From Octopus sinensis (Eukaryota): 64,000 bases of DNA. Positions 1-12,589 of this stretch are shown piece after piece. Within the stretch, counting starts at the first letter, position 1. Every line of letters starts with the position of its first letter. The stretch covers positions 116,932,001-116,996,000 of the forward strand of contig NC_043001.1 in NCBI RefSeq assembly GCF_006345805.1. The letters are read 5' to 3'. A program made the translations under genes and the position numbers. Under the pieces are notes generated by a model. That model searched no databases and was not told the DNA's origin. It worked only from the letters and a program-made list of their open reading frames with translations.

Positions 1-2277
1 CATAGAATCAAACTGCGTTAGTATTTTACAAATAATAAAAGTAATACTTACATGCTGGAAGAGAAGGAAAAACTGCGCCGCGTTCGAAGAAGTTACTTAT
101 GAGACATTATGTGAATGTTTAGTTCAGTCTGTCCAAGAACCTGAAGATGCGCAGATATCTGGAATTGTCTGATGTGGCAAGAATGGAGGCACATACTGCT
201 CAGTTACCTCAACATTCAGCAATGAATTAACGCCAAAATCGGTTTTTTTATAGAGTTCAAGAAGATCCTGGAAGAATGAATCACGCGATGGCTAGACATT
301 GATTGGTTGCTTGACAGACAGATCACGTGAAACTATTGGGGTTTCCCCGTGATGTGTGACCGCATATCCAAAGTTCCGGTCTCGAATCCCTGCTACAGCA
401 GTTCATTTCCAGTTCATTACGGAATGTAATAAGGGAACGATAAGAAAATAAATTACATGAAAGAGAATTAGTGCAAGTAGTCTTGAGTAAAGTCTGAATT
501 TTAAAACTAATTGGCAATATAGCAATCAAGGTAAAGATTGAAATACAAAGTATAAGAGAGCATGTAACAAAATGAAAGCAAATAAAATATTATCCATGTT
601 CAGAGTTCATAAATGCAAAATTGTTTTGAAATGCGAAAAGCATGCAAATAGAGAAAATAACTCTTAGAAATAAAAGTTATGAGAACTGTATAATGTTTGT
701 TTTCTGGTTGCGTAGGCTAAAGGAAACTGTAAGAGAGATGCTGGATGCGTTGAGACATTTAAACATATTCTATGTGCACGTGACCACGAGGTCTTACAGA
801 AAAATGTGTCTGACTGGAAGCGAGGCACAGAAGAACGGTTTGATTGATTGATTGATTCTAGTTTCAGCTCACGAGCTGTGGCCATGCTGGGGCGTTCCTT
901 CTGTGTGAAAATGTCTGGAGAATGTGACATACACGTCATTAGAAGAATGCACGCACATTATTGACATTAACAAGAAAAGTACAGCAAAAATTAAGAAGTT
1001 TGAAAGCACTGCAAACATTTGTGCAAACACCTGAAACGTAAATCATTGCAAGAGAACAATGAGTAGCATGAATGCATGAATGGTGTATAAGTGACCAGAA
1101 GTATGGAACGCGGTGTAATTTGCATGCGAGTGTGAGATAGACTACAAATGAAGTCTGCAAAAAAATCGTTAACTTGGGACGTGTCTGCTGCAAGGATATA
1201 AACGTGTTTGTGACCTAATGGCGTCTGCAAGAGAAGGTAAAATTTTTCTTCCATTTTAAAAATAGAAACGAAATGAAAAGTAAACAAAAATTATGTACGG
1301 AAAAAGTTCTTGAGAGTCTCTTTTGCGAAGTCATGTGTACGAAGCAGTTTGGTTGCAATTCAGGAACTTACCATTCTTGAAAAGAAATTAGTTGAAACCA
1401 CACAAATGAAAAGATACGAAAAGATTAAAAACTGGCCGTTAGAGCAAACTTAGAGAAATTCAAGATCAATTTCGCTCTGAAATTATATTTGTGAGTAGAA
1501 GCGAGTTTCCTCGGTGTTGAAGGGTAGGTTTGACTCCTATTTCGCGCAAAACAAAAAATGAGCCTGAGCTGACAGTGTTCCCAAAGTCATAGCTTGTAGA
1601 GGTAGGGGTTACAGTGTAGGCTACCTTGCAGAGGTAGGGGTGACAGTGGTATGAATTGTATGTGTGACGGCTTTTGCTCTTTTGATCTTTCTCGTCGTGG
1701 TGGTGGCCGTGGGTCACCAATGTCGCTTGAGCAGTCGAGTTCTTGTCAGTTGGTCTGTGGTGATGACTGGTTGAGTTGATGAATGAAAATATATACATTT
1801 TCAGGGGGGGGGGGGTCGCGTTAAGAAATAACTGAACAACACTCGCGAACATTTAGCGGAAGATTTTATTACACACAGATTCAAACAACATTGATATGGC
1901 AAAAGTCTGATATGGCAAAAGTGGAGGTACATACCGCTCAGCTGCCATAACATTCCGCAATAAATTAACGCCAAAAGAAATATTTTATAAAGTATAAAAC
2001 GATTCTTGGAGATTGAATCTCACGATGGCTTGATGCTAATTGCGTGAAACTATTGTGGCTCGCCGTATATCATGTCTGACCGTATATACAGGGATCTGGT
2101 TTCCAATCCTTACTACAGGATGAAAGACACTGAGCTGAACAAAGGCAAGCAACTTTTATAGCGGCTGACAAAGCAATAGACCTAGTCACCCTAAGTAAGA
2201 TCTTTAGAACAGTAAGGCTAAAAGACGAAGGCTAGAAAACTCATCAAAAACAGTATCGGTCAAAGAAATAGAGGTGC

Positions 2278-2722
2278 TACTTTGTCGTGTGATCTACAGG
2301 GGAGATTACTTTAGGTTACTTTAAAAATTATTTTGTACATATTTAGCATTGTAAATGTATTTTTTCCAAATTCTTACTATGTTAATTAGAAGAAAACCAT
2401 ATAATAATTAAAATAAGCATGCAGATCACCTACAAAAGTAAATTTGCTCACGTAAATCCCACACAAAGTAGCACTAATACAAAGTAAACTAAACAGTAAC
2501 CTATAGTAATCTCCCTTTAAATTGTATCTCACATGGCAAAGTGGCACCATTCTTTTTCTTAAGAAATGATGTGAATTTAGTGCTGGTTTCTTGTAAAAAT
2601 GCAACTGCCTTCGTCTCGTCGCTGATCACATTGTAAAAATCTTTAGCCAACATCTTACGGGTCTTTAGAAATTGAAAAGTAAACTAAAAAGTAGTCTTCC
2701 TTGTAGATCACACGCCAAAGTA
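2278..2722. mobile_element. MITE with about 35-bp imperfect TIRs, probable TA TSD (Tc1/mariner-type)
   Basis: TActttgtcgtgtgatctacaggggagattact ... agtagtcttccttgtagatcacacgccaaagTA. Confidence 0.7.
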
Positions 2723-3492
2723 ATACCGAAATAGAAACGTAAAACATACCATTGAATATCTTTAGCAGCGAGGGAGTTATTTGTATAACCCAAGTAAATG
2801 ATCCTTTCTACCATAGGCACAAGGCCTGAAATTTTCGGGAAGGAGGTTAATCAATTACATAAATCCCCAGTACTTGAGTACTGAAAGGATGAAAAGCAAA
2901 GGTGACCTCGGCAGAATTTGAACTCAGAACTTTAAGAACCAGAAGAAATGTCGCTAACCATTTTGTCCGGTGCGATAACGATTCTGCCAGTTCACCGCCT
3001 TCTAACACATCAATACTACTTCTACAAAATAACTAAGTTCGCAGAAATAATTTCAAATTTAGTTACAAAAACAACAATTTTTGCCTTTCCTGTTCGTCCG
3101 AATATAAAGAGCAGGAAGAACTGCTGCTAAGCATTTTGAGTAAATAATACCAACTGTTAATTAAAGTAAATAATACCAGCTGTTAGTTTAACATAAATTT
3201 AAGTTAGTTAATTGCAATTGTAAGTAATGCTTTAGTGAGGCTTTTTAAACTTTAAAATCTACTTACATAGGATGTATAATAGTAAAACTTGCTAGAGAGA
3301 TAACCAAATCAGTTTCTAATCACACCCAAACATCTTTAAAAAGATGCATAGTTACACACAGCCATGAGGGTTTATGTGACTATGTATCTTTTTAACTATG
3401 TATTCGACAGATTCATATGGCCCTCTCTCACTGCAGCTTCGTTCAAATAAAATTATTACTCAATAAACATACATACATACCCCTACTCACCC

Positions 3493-3526
<34 letters not shown>

Positions 3527-3553
3527 GTATATATGTATATATGTATATATGTA

Positions 3554-3596
<43 letters not shown>

Positions 3597-4234
3597 TATA
3601 TATATATAGATAGATATATATATATATATAATATATATATATAGATAGATATATATATATATATAGGGAGAGTTTACGAAAAAAGCAAAAGACGAAGGCA
3701 GGTGGTGTACAAAACAAACAGATGTATTAGTATAACGCTCAGGAATAGAAAAAGTCTTTTACGTTTCGAGCCTACGCTCTTCTACAGAAAGGGACACAGA
3801 AAAAAACAAGGAGAGAAACAAGGAGAGAAAAAAATGTGTGTAGTGGCTAATGATCTATCATGGCGACTAGTGTCGGACAGAAGGGTCAGACAGGAGAAGG
3901 AAAGTAGGGGAGATAACAAGGTAAAGATGACCCCCAACACAAAGGTGCGTGTGTGTATAAGAGAGTATGTATGTGCGTGTGAAAGAGGGCTGGTGGTCTG
4001 GACGTGTGCGTGTATGTATGTGTAGGTGTAAAAATGTGGGGATGGGTGTGTGGGTGGTGTGTTGTGATGTGATGTGTATTGTTGTATGGTGTAGTGTGGT
4101 GTGGTGTGATATTATGGGGAGGTGGGGAAAGCACGGGTGGGGTGTGGGTCCGGCTGGGGGTTGGGGTAGAGTTTGGGTTTGTGGGTAGGCAGAGGGTGGG
4201 GTATGTGGGGGAGGGTGTGTGGGATAGGATGGGG

Positions 4235-4275
<41 letters not shown>

Positions 4276-4398
4276 TGTCAACGTTAATGGCGCAAAGTTG
4301 CAATGATCCTTTAGACGTTGACTGATAAAGTATTACCTACGAATTTTCTGTTTGTTGTGTTTTTGTTAAATTTTCGAAAAAAACAAAATATATATATA

Positions 4399-4558
4399 AG
4401 GAGTGGCTGTGTGGTAAGTAGCTTGCTAACGAACCACATGGTTCCGGGTTCAGTCCCACTGCGTGGCATCTTGGGCAAGTGTCTTCTGCTATAGCCCCGG
4501 GCCGACCAATGCCTTGTGAGTGGATTTGGTAGACGGAAACGGAAAGAAGCCTGTCGTA

Positions 4559-4626
<68 letters not shown>

Positions 4627-4838
4627 TGTGTCTGTGTTTGTCCCCCTAGCATTGCTTGACAACCGATGCTGGTGTGTTTATGTCCCCGTCACTTAGCGGT
4701 TCGGCAAAAGAGACCGATAGAATAAGTACTGGGCTTACAAAAGAATAAGTGCCGGGGTCGAGTCTCGATTAAAGGCGGTGCTCCAGCATAGCCGCAGTCA
4801 AATGACTGAAACATGTAAAAGAGAGTAAAGAGAGTAAA
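4399..4838 (+). mobile_element. tRNA-derived SINE family A (internal TA/TG microsatellite, GAGTAAAA tail)
   Basis: GGAGTGGCTGTGTGGTAAG A-box head, GGTTCAGTCCC B-box, 3' GGCGGTGCTCCAGCATGGCCGCAGTC; at least 8 copies in window. Confidence 0.9.
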
Positions 4839-5570
4839 TCAAACAATTTAATGGCGGATCGATTTTAATAATTGAGAAACTCCTCGGTCGAAAGCATGAT
4901 CACGTCCATCTTAAATTTGAAATTAAATTAGATGGCCATGGCTGGAACGCCTTTCCGCATAAGTCTGCTCAGTCGAGACTGACGTAGAGCTGAACAGCAA
5001 CAGCAACAACAACGTCATATAAACTGACTAATAACGGTGTGTAAACTATTAAAATGGTAAGATTTTTCTAGGTAAACAAACGTATTTTATGATTATATCT
5101 ACTACGAAGAAGACCTGGAGACTTAAACCGATGTTATCGGCTCTGGGGGATTAACGTCTTACATTAGCAATTACTGTTTGTTTCATTTACTCTTAGAACT
5201 GTTTTCAGTGGGGGTAACATCTGTTGAACGAATTTATTTATCAAATGTCTGAAGAAAGCTTGTTTACATATATGAACTGTAGACATGTATGCATCTTCTC
5301 TCTATCCACGCGAGTGCACACGCACGCAAACACACGCATGCGCACGAGCGACACACACACAAATTCATATACACAACACGTTTATAGACGCAGCACAAAA
5401 AATATTTTATAGGCATACAATCATACATACATACATACCAAAGATGGAGCCTTGTATCTTTGTTGGAAACCGGCCCCCTCCTCAGTGGAAGATTTATAAT
5501 ATTTAAAAGACAGAAGAGACATATATACATGCATATGTATATATATATACATATATATATATAGAAATAT

Positions 5571-6305
5571 TAAAATTACTAAGTCTCTCTAAAAGAGAAC
5601 AACGGCAGCGTTCCCGGAAAATATAGTTATATCGCCACTAATATGGCATTCTTATAAAAATAAGAAAAAAGCTGACCGCTTATTAGCTCCATGAGGCCAT
5701 CGCCTAAGTTAGCTATTTGATACACAACTGTATCCATATAACCTTTGAACAAGGGAGGTCAGTCGCTCCACACTACTTGGCCGGCAGCTACAGACGCGTT
5801 TCGGGGTATTGCCCCTTTTCAATGCAGCGTAGCCAAACCAGTAGGTGTCGCTTCCGACAATCTCTGTTCAAAGGTTTTATTTACCTAGCTTCGGTGGAAT
5901 ACATACATCCACTTGTTTTCATAAATAATATAAATTTAAAATTACTAAGTCTCTCTAAAAAGAACAACGGCAGCGTTCCCGGAAAATATTAGTTATCGCC
6001 ATACTAATATGGCATCTTTATAAAATAAGAAAAAAGCTGACCGCTTATTAGCTCCATGAGGCCATCGCCTTAAGTTAGCTATTTGATACACAAACTGTAT
6101 CCATATAACTTTGAACAAGGGGGTCAGTCGCTCCACACTACTTGGCCGGCAGCTACAGACGCGTTTCGGGGTATTGCCCCTTTTCAAGTAGTGTGGAGCG
6201 ACTGACCTCCCTTGTTCAAAGGTTATATGGATACAGTTTGTGTATCAAATAGCTAACTTAAGGCGATGGCCTCATGGAGCTAATAAGCGGTCAGCTTTTT
6301 TCTTA
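5571..6305 (-). mobile_element. tandem about 365-bp unit (1.7 copies) plus 120-bp inverted tail; Penelope pLTR or non-LTR retrozyme-like
   Basis: 5571-5821 is repeated at 5937-6187; 6185-6305 is the reverse complement of about 6022-6144; a hammerhead motif lies in each unit; flanked by (TA)n. Confidence 0.7.
5787..5828 (-). ncRNA. minimal type I hammerhead ribozyme (U3-A8 core variant)
   Basis: minus strand reads GCUGCA-UUGAAAA-GGGG-CAAUA-CCCC-GAAA-CGCG-UC^-UGUAGC: 6-bp stem I, 4-bp stem II, palindromic ACGCGU stem III, GUC cleavage triplet. Confidence 0.8.
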
Positions 6306-6503
6306 TATAATATATATATATATATATTATATATATATATATCTGTCCTGTTCCTTGGTTTGTGTCTATGTTTTTCGTCTCTCTATGTTTCGACGTCTTT
6401 TTGGTGTCCTGCACACATATATGCGTGTAGATGTACATGTAGAGGTAGGTACGTACATATATGTTTATATATATGCATATGTTCTATTCTTTTATTAAAT
6501 TAT

Positions 6504-6600
<97 letters not shown>

Positions 6601-6661
6601 GGAGTAAACACATAAATGTCAAGCAGGGTGAAAAAAGAGTACTCAAATACCAGTGGTAGAG

Positions 6662-6887
<226 letters not shown>

Positions 6888-7576
6888 ATAAATATATGTA
6901 TGTATGTATATATGTATATGTATATATATTTACTTACACACACACATTTACATACATGCGTGGGGCGCATGCCCCGCGCAGACATCCATCTATACATACA
7001 TACATACATATATACATACATACATATATATATACGTACATACACCCCACCACACACAAGTATGTATGTATGTATGTATGTATGTATGTATGTATGTATG
7101 TATGTATGTATGTGTGTGCGTGTGTGTGTCTATGTGTGTAAATACCTGCACTCACATACATATTGATCGTTCTATTTGTGTGAGAATTACGCATCCGTAA
7201 CCAGGTGTCAGATAAATTGTAAGCTTGTAAGAATCAAATTACGAATACAACCATACACCCACATATATATACATAGAAACTAGGGCCCCGTATAGATAAA
7301 GCAGGGTGTTGGTGATGTTTTTATAAGGCTTGTACTGCTTCTCTCTGTTCAGTAGTTTAACTAAGGCGGGAGAATTGAACAATAAATTTATAAGACTTTC
7401 ACTTGGTTCTGAAGCTGTTGGCCACGCCTCCTCGAAACATGTTTGTGATTGGTTGATTTATTGCCGATATTGTTGTTGTTGTTGATGAGCACAATGTCAA
7501 CCCCAATTGAGCAAGCTTGAGACGGAAGGTATATCACCAGCGAGTTTTGGGAGTATATAGATATAACGTGCGATTT

Positions 7577-7977
7577 GAGAGAGAGAGAGAGAGATGGGAG
7601 AGAGAGAGAGAGAGAGAGATGGGAGAGAGATGGGGGAGAGACATAGAATTGGAGAGAGAGAGAGAGTGAGAGATGGGAGAGAGAGACATAGAAGTGGAGA
7701 GAGAGAGAGAGGTGGAAAGAGCGAGCGGTGGGGAGAGAGTGGTGGGAAGAGAGAGAGAGGTAGGGAGAGAGGGTGGGGAGAGAAAGAGGCAGGGAGAGTG
7801 AGAAAGAGAGAGAGGTGGGGAGAGAGACATAGAAGTAGAGAAGAGAGAGGTGGAAAGAGAGAGTGGTGGTAAGGGAAAGAGAGGTGGGGTGAGAGAGAGG
7901 TGGGGGAGAGAGAGGTAGGGAGAGAGAGAGGTAGGGAGAGACAGAGAGGTGGGAAAGGGAGGTGGCAAGAGAGAGTA

Positions 7978-8025
<48 letters not shown>

Positions 8026-8026
8026 T
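7577..8026. repeat. about 450-bp polypurine (GA-rich) tract
   Basis: directly visible. Confidence 0.9.
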
Positions 8027-9332
8027 TCGCTTGAAGAGTAGCGAGGGTGTTCATCTAAATGCAAGGATAGTTTTATCATCCTACTCACCATCTTAACAGG
8101 GTTGGAGGAATTTAGGCGTATCTTGGGGAAACTGCACCCCTCCCCATCATCACTAGATTTGGTTACTATTTCTATTGGGCTGTATGACCGTTGGGGAGGA
8201 AGGGGCTGAGTAAATATGTGGAAACTTAAGAAAAAGTAAAGTTGATAAATTAATAAATCTATTTAGCGTGTCCCCTGCCCCACAAATTTCTAAAAAAGTA
8301 GGACAAATGAGTTTACAAAGTAACAGTTTATTGACCGGACTTGTTGTATTGGATGTAAGTGCTAATACACTTTTACAGTTGTTAGAAGCACTTTCTAAAG
8401 TGAGATGGCAGAAGCACAGTGGGCAAGGAAAGACCAAGAAATATTGATTGTACAGGTAGTACAACGGTTAGCTGTTGGACAACCACAGTGTGGAGCCTCT
8501 CAGTCCATTTGATATACTGTTAGAAAGCACAGCAACTTAGGACAGAAATTTATAGAAGAGAGTGACCCACTTTTGATACGAAGCAGTTGACTACACACAT
8601 GGACAATCATTGTCGATACCGACGGAGGACGTACGTTGTAGAAGTTATGTCGATAAAAATAAACTACAGTGGATTGATTTACCATAAGAAATGAAAAAAA
8701 TCCATGGTAACTATTTGGCATCTCACTGTAGCTTCTTAGATATATCAGACACCCAAGGGGTCATCAGGCCGAAGATTTTCCTGGTTTTTATGGCGTATAG
8801 GAGACCAGAAGTACAATATTTCCCCGTGAACGTGCTACCAGTCCATCGCAGCGTTAACCAACTGTTGTTGGTATTTATTCTCAGTTGAGTGGACTGGAGC
8901 AACGTGAGACGAATTTGTTTTTGTTTTCAAGAACACAGCACACAGTTCTGCCTGGGAGACAAAGTTGCAATCTTACCGCCATGTGCCCAGCACCCCCGTC
9001 ATTTGGTCACGCGCTTTTACTGTAGCTAGTTATATTTTATTATTATAACGAGTTTGGTATTTTGCTGTTCTGAGGTCAATTACTACTAGTTTTGTTATTC
9101 ATCTCTCCGAGGTTAGCATCTCTGTAACCGTAACCTATTTAGTTACCCTAAATGGTATAAAATCAATAAAATCAGTTATGTTCCCTACGCTGTAAAATAC
9201 AAGTTGGGGCTTTATATTTAATCAAATATATAGTCTGCGCAACAAAAGGTCCAAGCCCCTTCTTCTAGAGACAGATAGGCTAAAGCAATGTATAATAATG
9301 ACATACTGGATCCGGAAACACAACAATATTGC

Positions 9333-9516
9333 CATATCGAGCCCTTCTGGGTATTAGCGCGCGTCTACGATGAGTCTACGATTTTTAAAATAATTTACCA
9401 TAATTTTTTTCCCATCTTTAATGCATTTTTTTGCTATTTTTTGGCTATAACTCTCTAAAAATGCTTATATAGTTATTTCCCTTACAAACCCGAGCAACGC
9501 CGGGCGATACTGCTAG
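9333..9516 (+). mobile_element. Helitron 3' part
   Basis: matches the 3' half of 60459-60855; 5' end not located. Confidence 0.8.
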
Positions 9517-10056
9517 TAGTTTATAAACATAGTTGCTCTTCTTGTGTTGTTGCCCCTTGGTCTGCTCTGACTAATTAGACCCGTCATCAATGGCATTCAA
9601 TCTGTAAACACAGCATCCTTTTTCTTTTCACTGTAGCTAAGATTACTTATCGAATAATTACAGGGTTCCATTTGAAGAATAGTTGACTATTATATCTATC
9701 AAGTCAAGCAACAATGCAAGGCAGTCATAACGAAATATTTTGTCTGATTTAAATTTGTGTTAATAATGTTATTTTAGTTTTAGGTAAATATTACTATTAC
9801 ATGGTATCGCGGGGTGATTTTCTTTCAAATCCAACGAGTGCCACACACGAAAGATAGTCAATATCGATGCTAATTGAACTTAGAATTTAAATAGATCCAC
9901 GGAAACAGAGAGGAACATACTTATTGTCCAGTATTATAATACAGTAATAGATGTGGAGGCTCAATGGCCCAGTGGTTAGGGTAGCGGACTCGCGGTCGTA
10001 GGATCGATCCTACGACCTGAATTCAATTTTCAGAAGAGAAGAGGTTTGTAAAAAAA

Positions 10057-10500
10057 AAGCTAAAATTGGCTATTTTCAATTCATACCTATCCTGACCTAT
10101 GGTCATGAATGTTGGGTAATGACCGAAGGAGTACAATCACAAATGCGGGTGGCTGAAATGGGGTTCTTCCGAAGGGTCTCTGAAGTAATGTTAGTCGACA
10201 GGGTACGTAGCTTGGAAAGCAGGGAGTCTCCCCAGCTGAAACCGCTACTTCTCCGCGTTGAGCGGTCACATCTCCGGTAGTAAAGACGTGTGATTAGCCC
10301 GTTGCAGGAAAGAATCGCAAGACGGATCTTTGAGCCGAACCAACCGGCAGGAAACCGAGGGGTAGACCCATAATGAAACGGTTCGACAATATCCACAGTC
10401 TCAGCTGGCCACGCTTGGAAATCTAACCAGAACGTCTAGTGAAGGTTGATTCTGACAGAACCTTTAAGGAGAAAGTACCTGAGGTTTTACCCCCAGCCCC
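10057..10500 (+). mobile_element. RTE-clade LINE 3' fragment (degraded RT thumb)
   Basis: ILTYGHECWVMTE...VAEMGFFRRV...LLLRVERSHLR...GRP, with frameshifts and stops. Confidence 0.8.
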
Positions 10501-10757
10501 AACCACCAGGAATAGTGGGTAGAAAAGATAGATGGCAGGATGAATATATTGTACGCCAGTATTATAATATAAACAAATACTATACCGTGATACAGTACTA
10601 TAGTATATAGTCCAGCATTATAATTAAGCTAGCTCTATACTATAGTGCACTATTACACTAAACTATAGTCCAGTGTTATTCTTAAGTTTAGTACTATAAT
10701 AAAATCCGATACTAGACTGTTCTCTAGCATTATACTATAGCCTATCAATATAATATC

Positions 10758-10989
10758 TATTTCTTTACTACCCACAAGGGGCTAAACACAGAGGGGACAA
10801 ACAAGGACAGACAAAGGGATTAAGTCGATTACATCGATACCAGTGCGTAACTGGTACTTAATTTATCGACCCCGAAAGGATGAAAGGCAAAGTCAACCTG
10901 AGCGGAATTTGAACTCACAATGTAACGACAGACGAAATACGGCTACGCATTTCGCCCGGCGTGCTAACGTCTCTGCCAGCTCGCCGCCC
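10758..10989 (-). mobile_element. tRNA-derived SINE family B (Deu/Nin-like core), 14-bp TSD
   Basis: core GCCTTTCATCCTTTCGGGGTCGATAAATTAAGTACCAG; TSD atcaatataatatc at 10744-10757 and 10990-11003. Confidence 0.9.
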
Positions 10990-11466
10990 ATCAATATAAT
11001 ATCGTCCAGTATTACTCCATAGTCCAGTTCTACTGTACTGAGAAATATTATACTGTAGTCCAGTAGTAAAGTATAGACTCATATTTACTGTAGCAGTACT
11101 ATAGAATTGTCCGATACTATACTACTTTCAAACACTATACTGCTACTTCTACACTAGTATTATATATATAAAAAAGACACATTATTATTGCTCCAATTCA
11201 AAGAATTTGCTTAAAACAATATTTTGAATATGCAATGTAGTAATCCTGCAAGTAGGACATGTAATCCTGTAAGCAGTGCATAGAGTCAAGCAGCGTTAAA
11301 ATATTGCGTAGTTAAGGCATAGAGTATCCGTCTGTACATATTGTGAAGGGCTTTTACAATGTGTTTTAAATTAGGAATTAACTGCTAAGATTTCAATGTA
11401 AATAATACCAGACATTATAAACACTAAACACCATTCCGAGACAGAATAGTGGGTCCTATTGCTCTT

Positions 11467-11521
<55 letters not shown>

Positions 11522-11898
11522 ACACACACACACACACACATATGTATATATATAAAATATGTATGTGTGTGTAAGTGCATATGTATAGTTGCTTGCATCC
11601 GTCTATCTACATATATACGCACACATACATACACGCGTACACACACATTCATATAATATACTTATATAAGGGCGGTGGAATCGTTAGAGTGTCGGATAAA
11701 ATGTCGAGTCGTATTTAGTCACGCTGTATGTTCAAATCCTGCCTGGGTCAAGTTTACTGCTCATCAATTCGACGATTCATTAAAATATAGCCCCATCCAA
11801 ATACTTGACCCGATGTTATCGACTAACTCCACATCATCTTAAAATTGCTAGCCTTGTCTAAATTTTAGAAAGAATTATTATTATTATTATGTTTGATG

Positions 11899-11968
<70 letters not shown>

Positions 11969-12511
11969 CGAGTGAGAGAGCAGTTCATGGCATCAAAGTG
12001 ACACTGCTGTAAAGTATACGAAACCCAGTACACCCATCATGACTACCCTGATAAGGGTACACCAGGCACATGCATCACAACCATATGTGCGCGATCTGGT
12101 GATCTCATATCAAGATAAGCAGCGCATAACCTTGCAGGTGGGGCCCTGTTAGAATTATCTTCAGGTCGAGTAGTCCATCCTGCTCAAAAGGTCCCTGGAT
12201 AAGGGTTGTTTAAAGATGTTGAACGAAGTACCCATGTTTCCAGAGGTGAATTGTCCAAACCCCAAAGAATTCCTCTCAACACATGGCTATGATGCTTCCC
12301 CCACTACTTCTGCTCGTGATCAGAGATGCACATATCGTCAGCCACTAAGGGACTGGTTAAGGTCAAACAACTGACAAGCGAATCTATGGTATTCAGCAGA
12401 ATATTTGCTGTAGCCCATCTTTTATACCAAGACAAAACAATGTACAAGATAACACTTCCAATCAGTTAAGATCAGAAGCCACGAGAGCCACTGCCTGGTA
12501 CTGTATCAGGA
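11969..12511 (-). mobile_element. about 545-bp (AAT)n-tailed repeat family E, copy 1
   Basis: GAGTGAGAGAGCAG...CTGCCTGGTACTG; abuts (ATT)n; further copies at 16977-17379 and 22302-22814. Confidence 0.85.
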
Positions 12512-12512
12512 C

Positions 12513-12546
<34 letters not shown>

Positions 12547-12589
12547 TATCATCATCATACAAAAGCTAGTAAGTGCTAATTTAACTAGT

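Noticed and set aside
7497-8091. 185-aa Leu/Ser-rich ORFs
   Set aside because: Translation of a GA/TC tract.
8153-8464. 103-aa ORF as possible missing SLC5 exon 1
   Set aside because: Wrong strand and no SSS N-terminal motifs.
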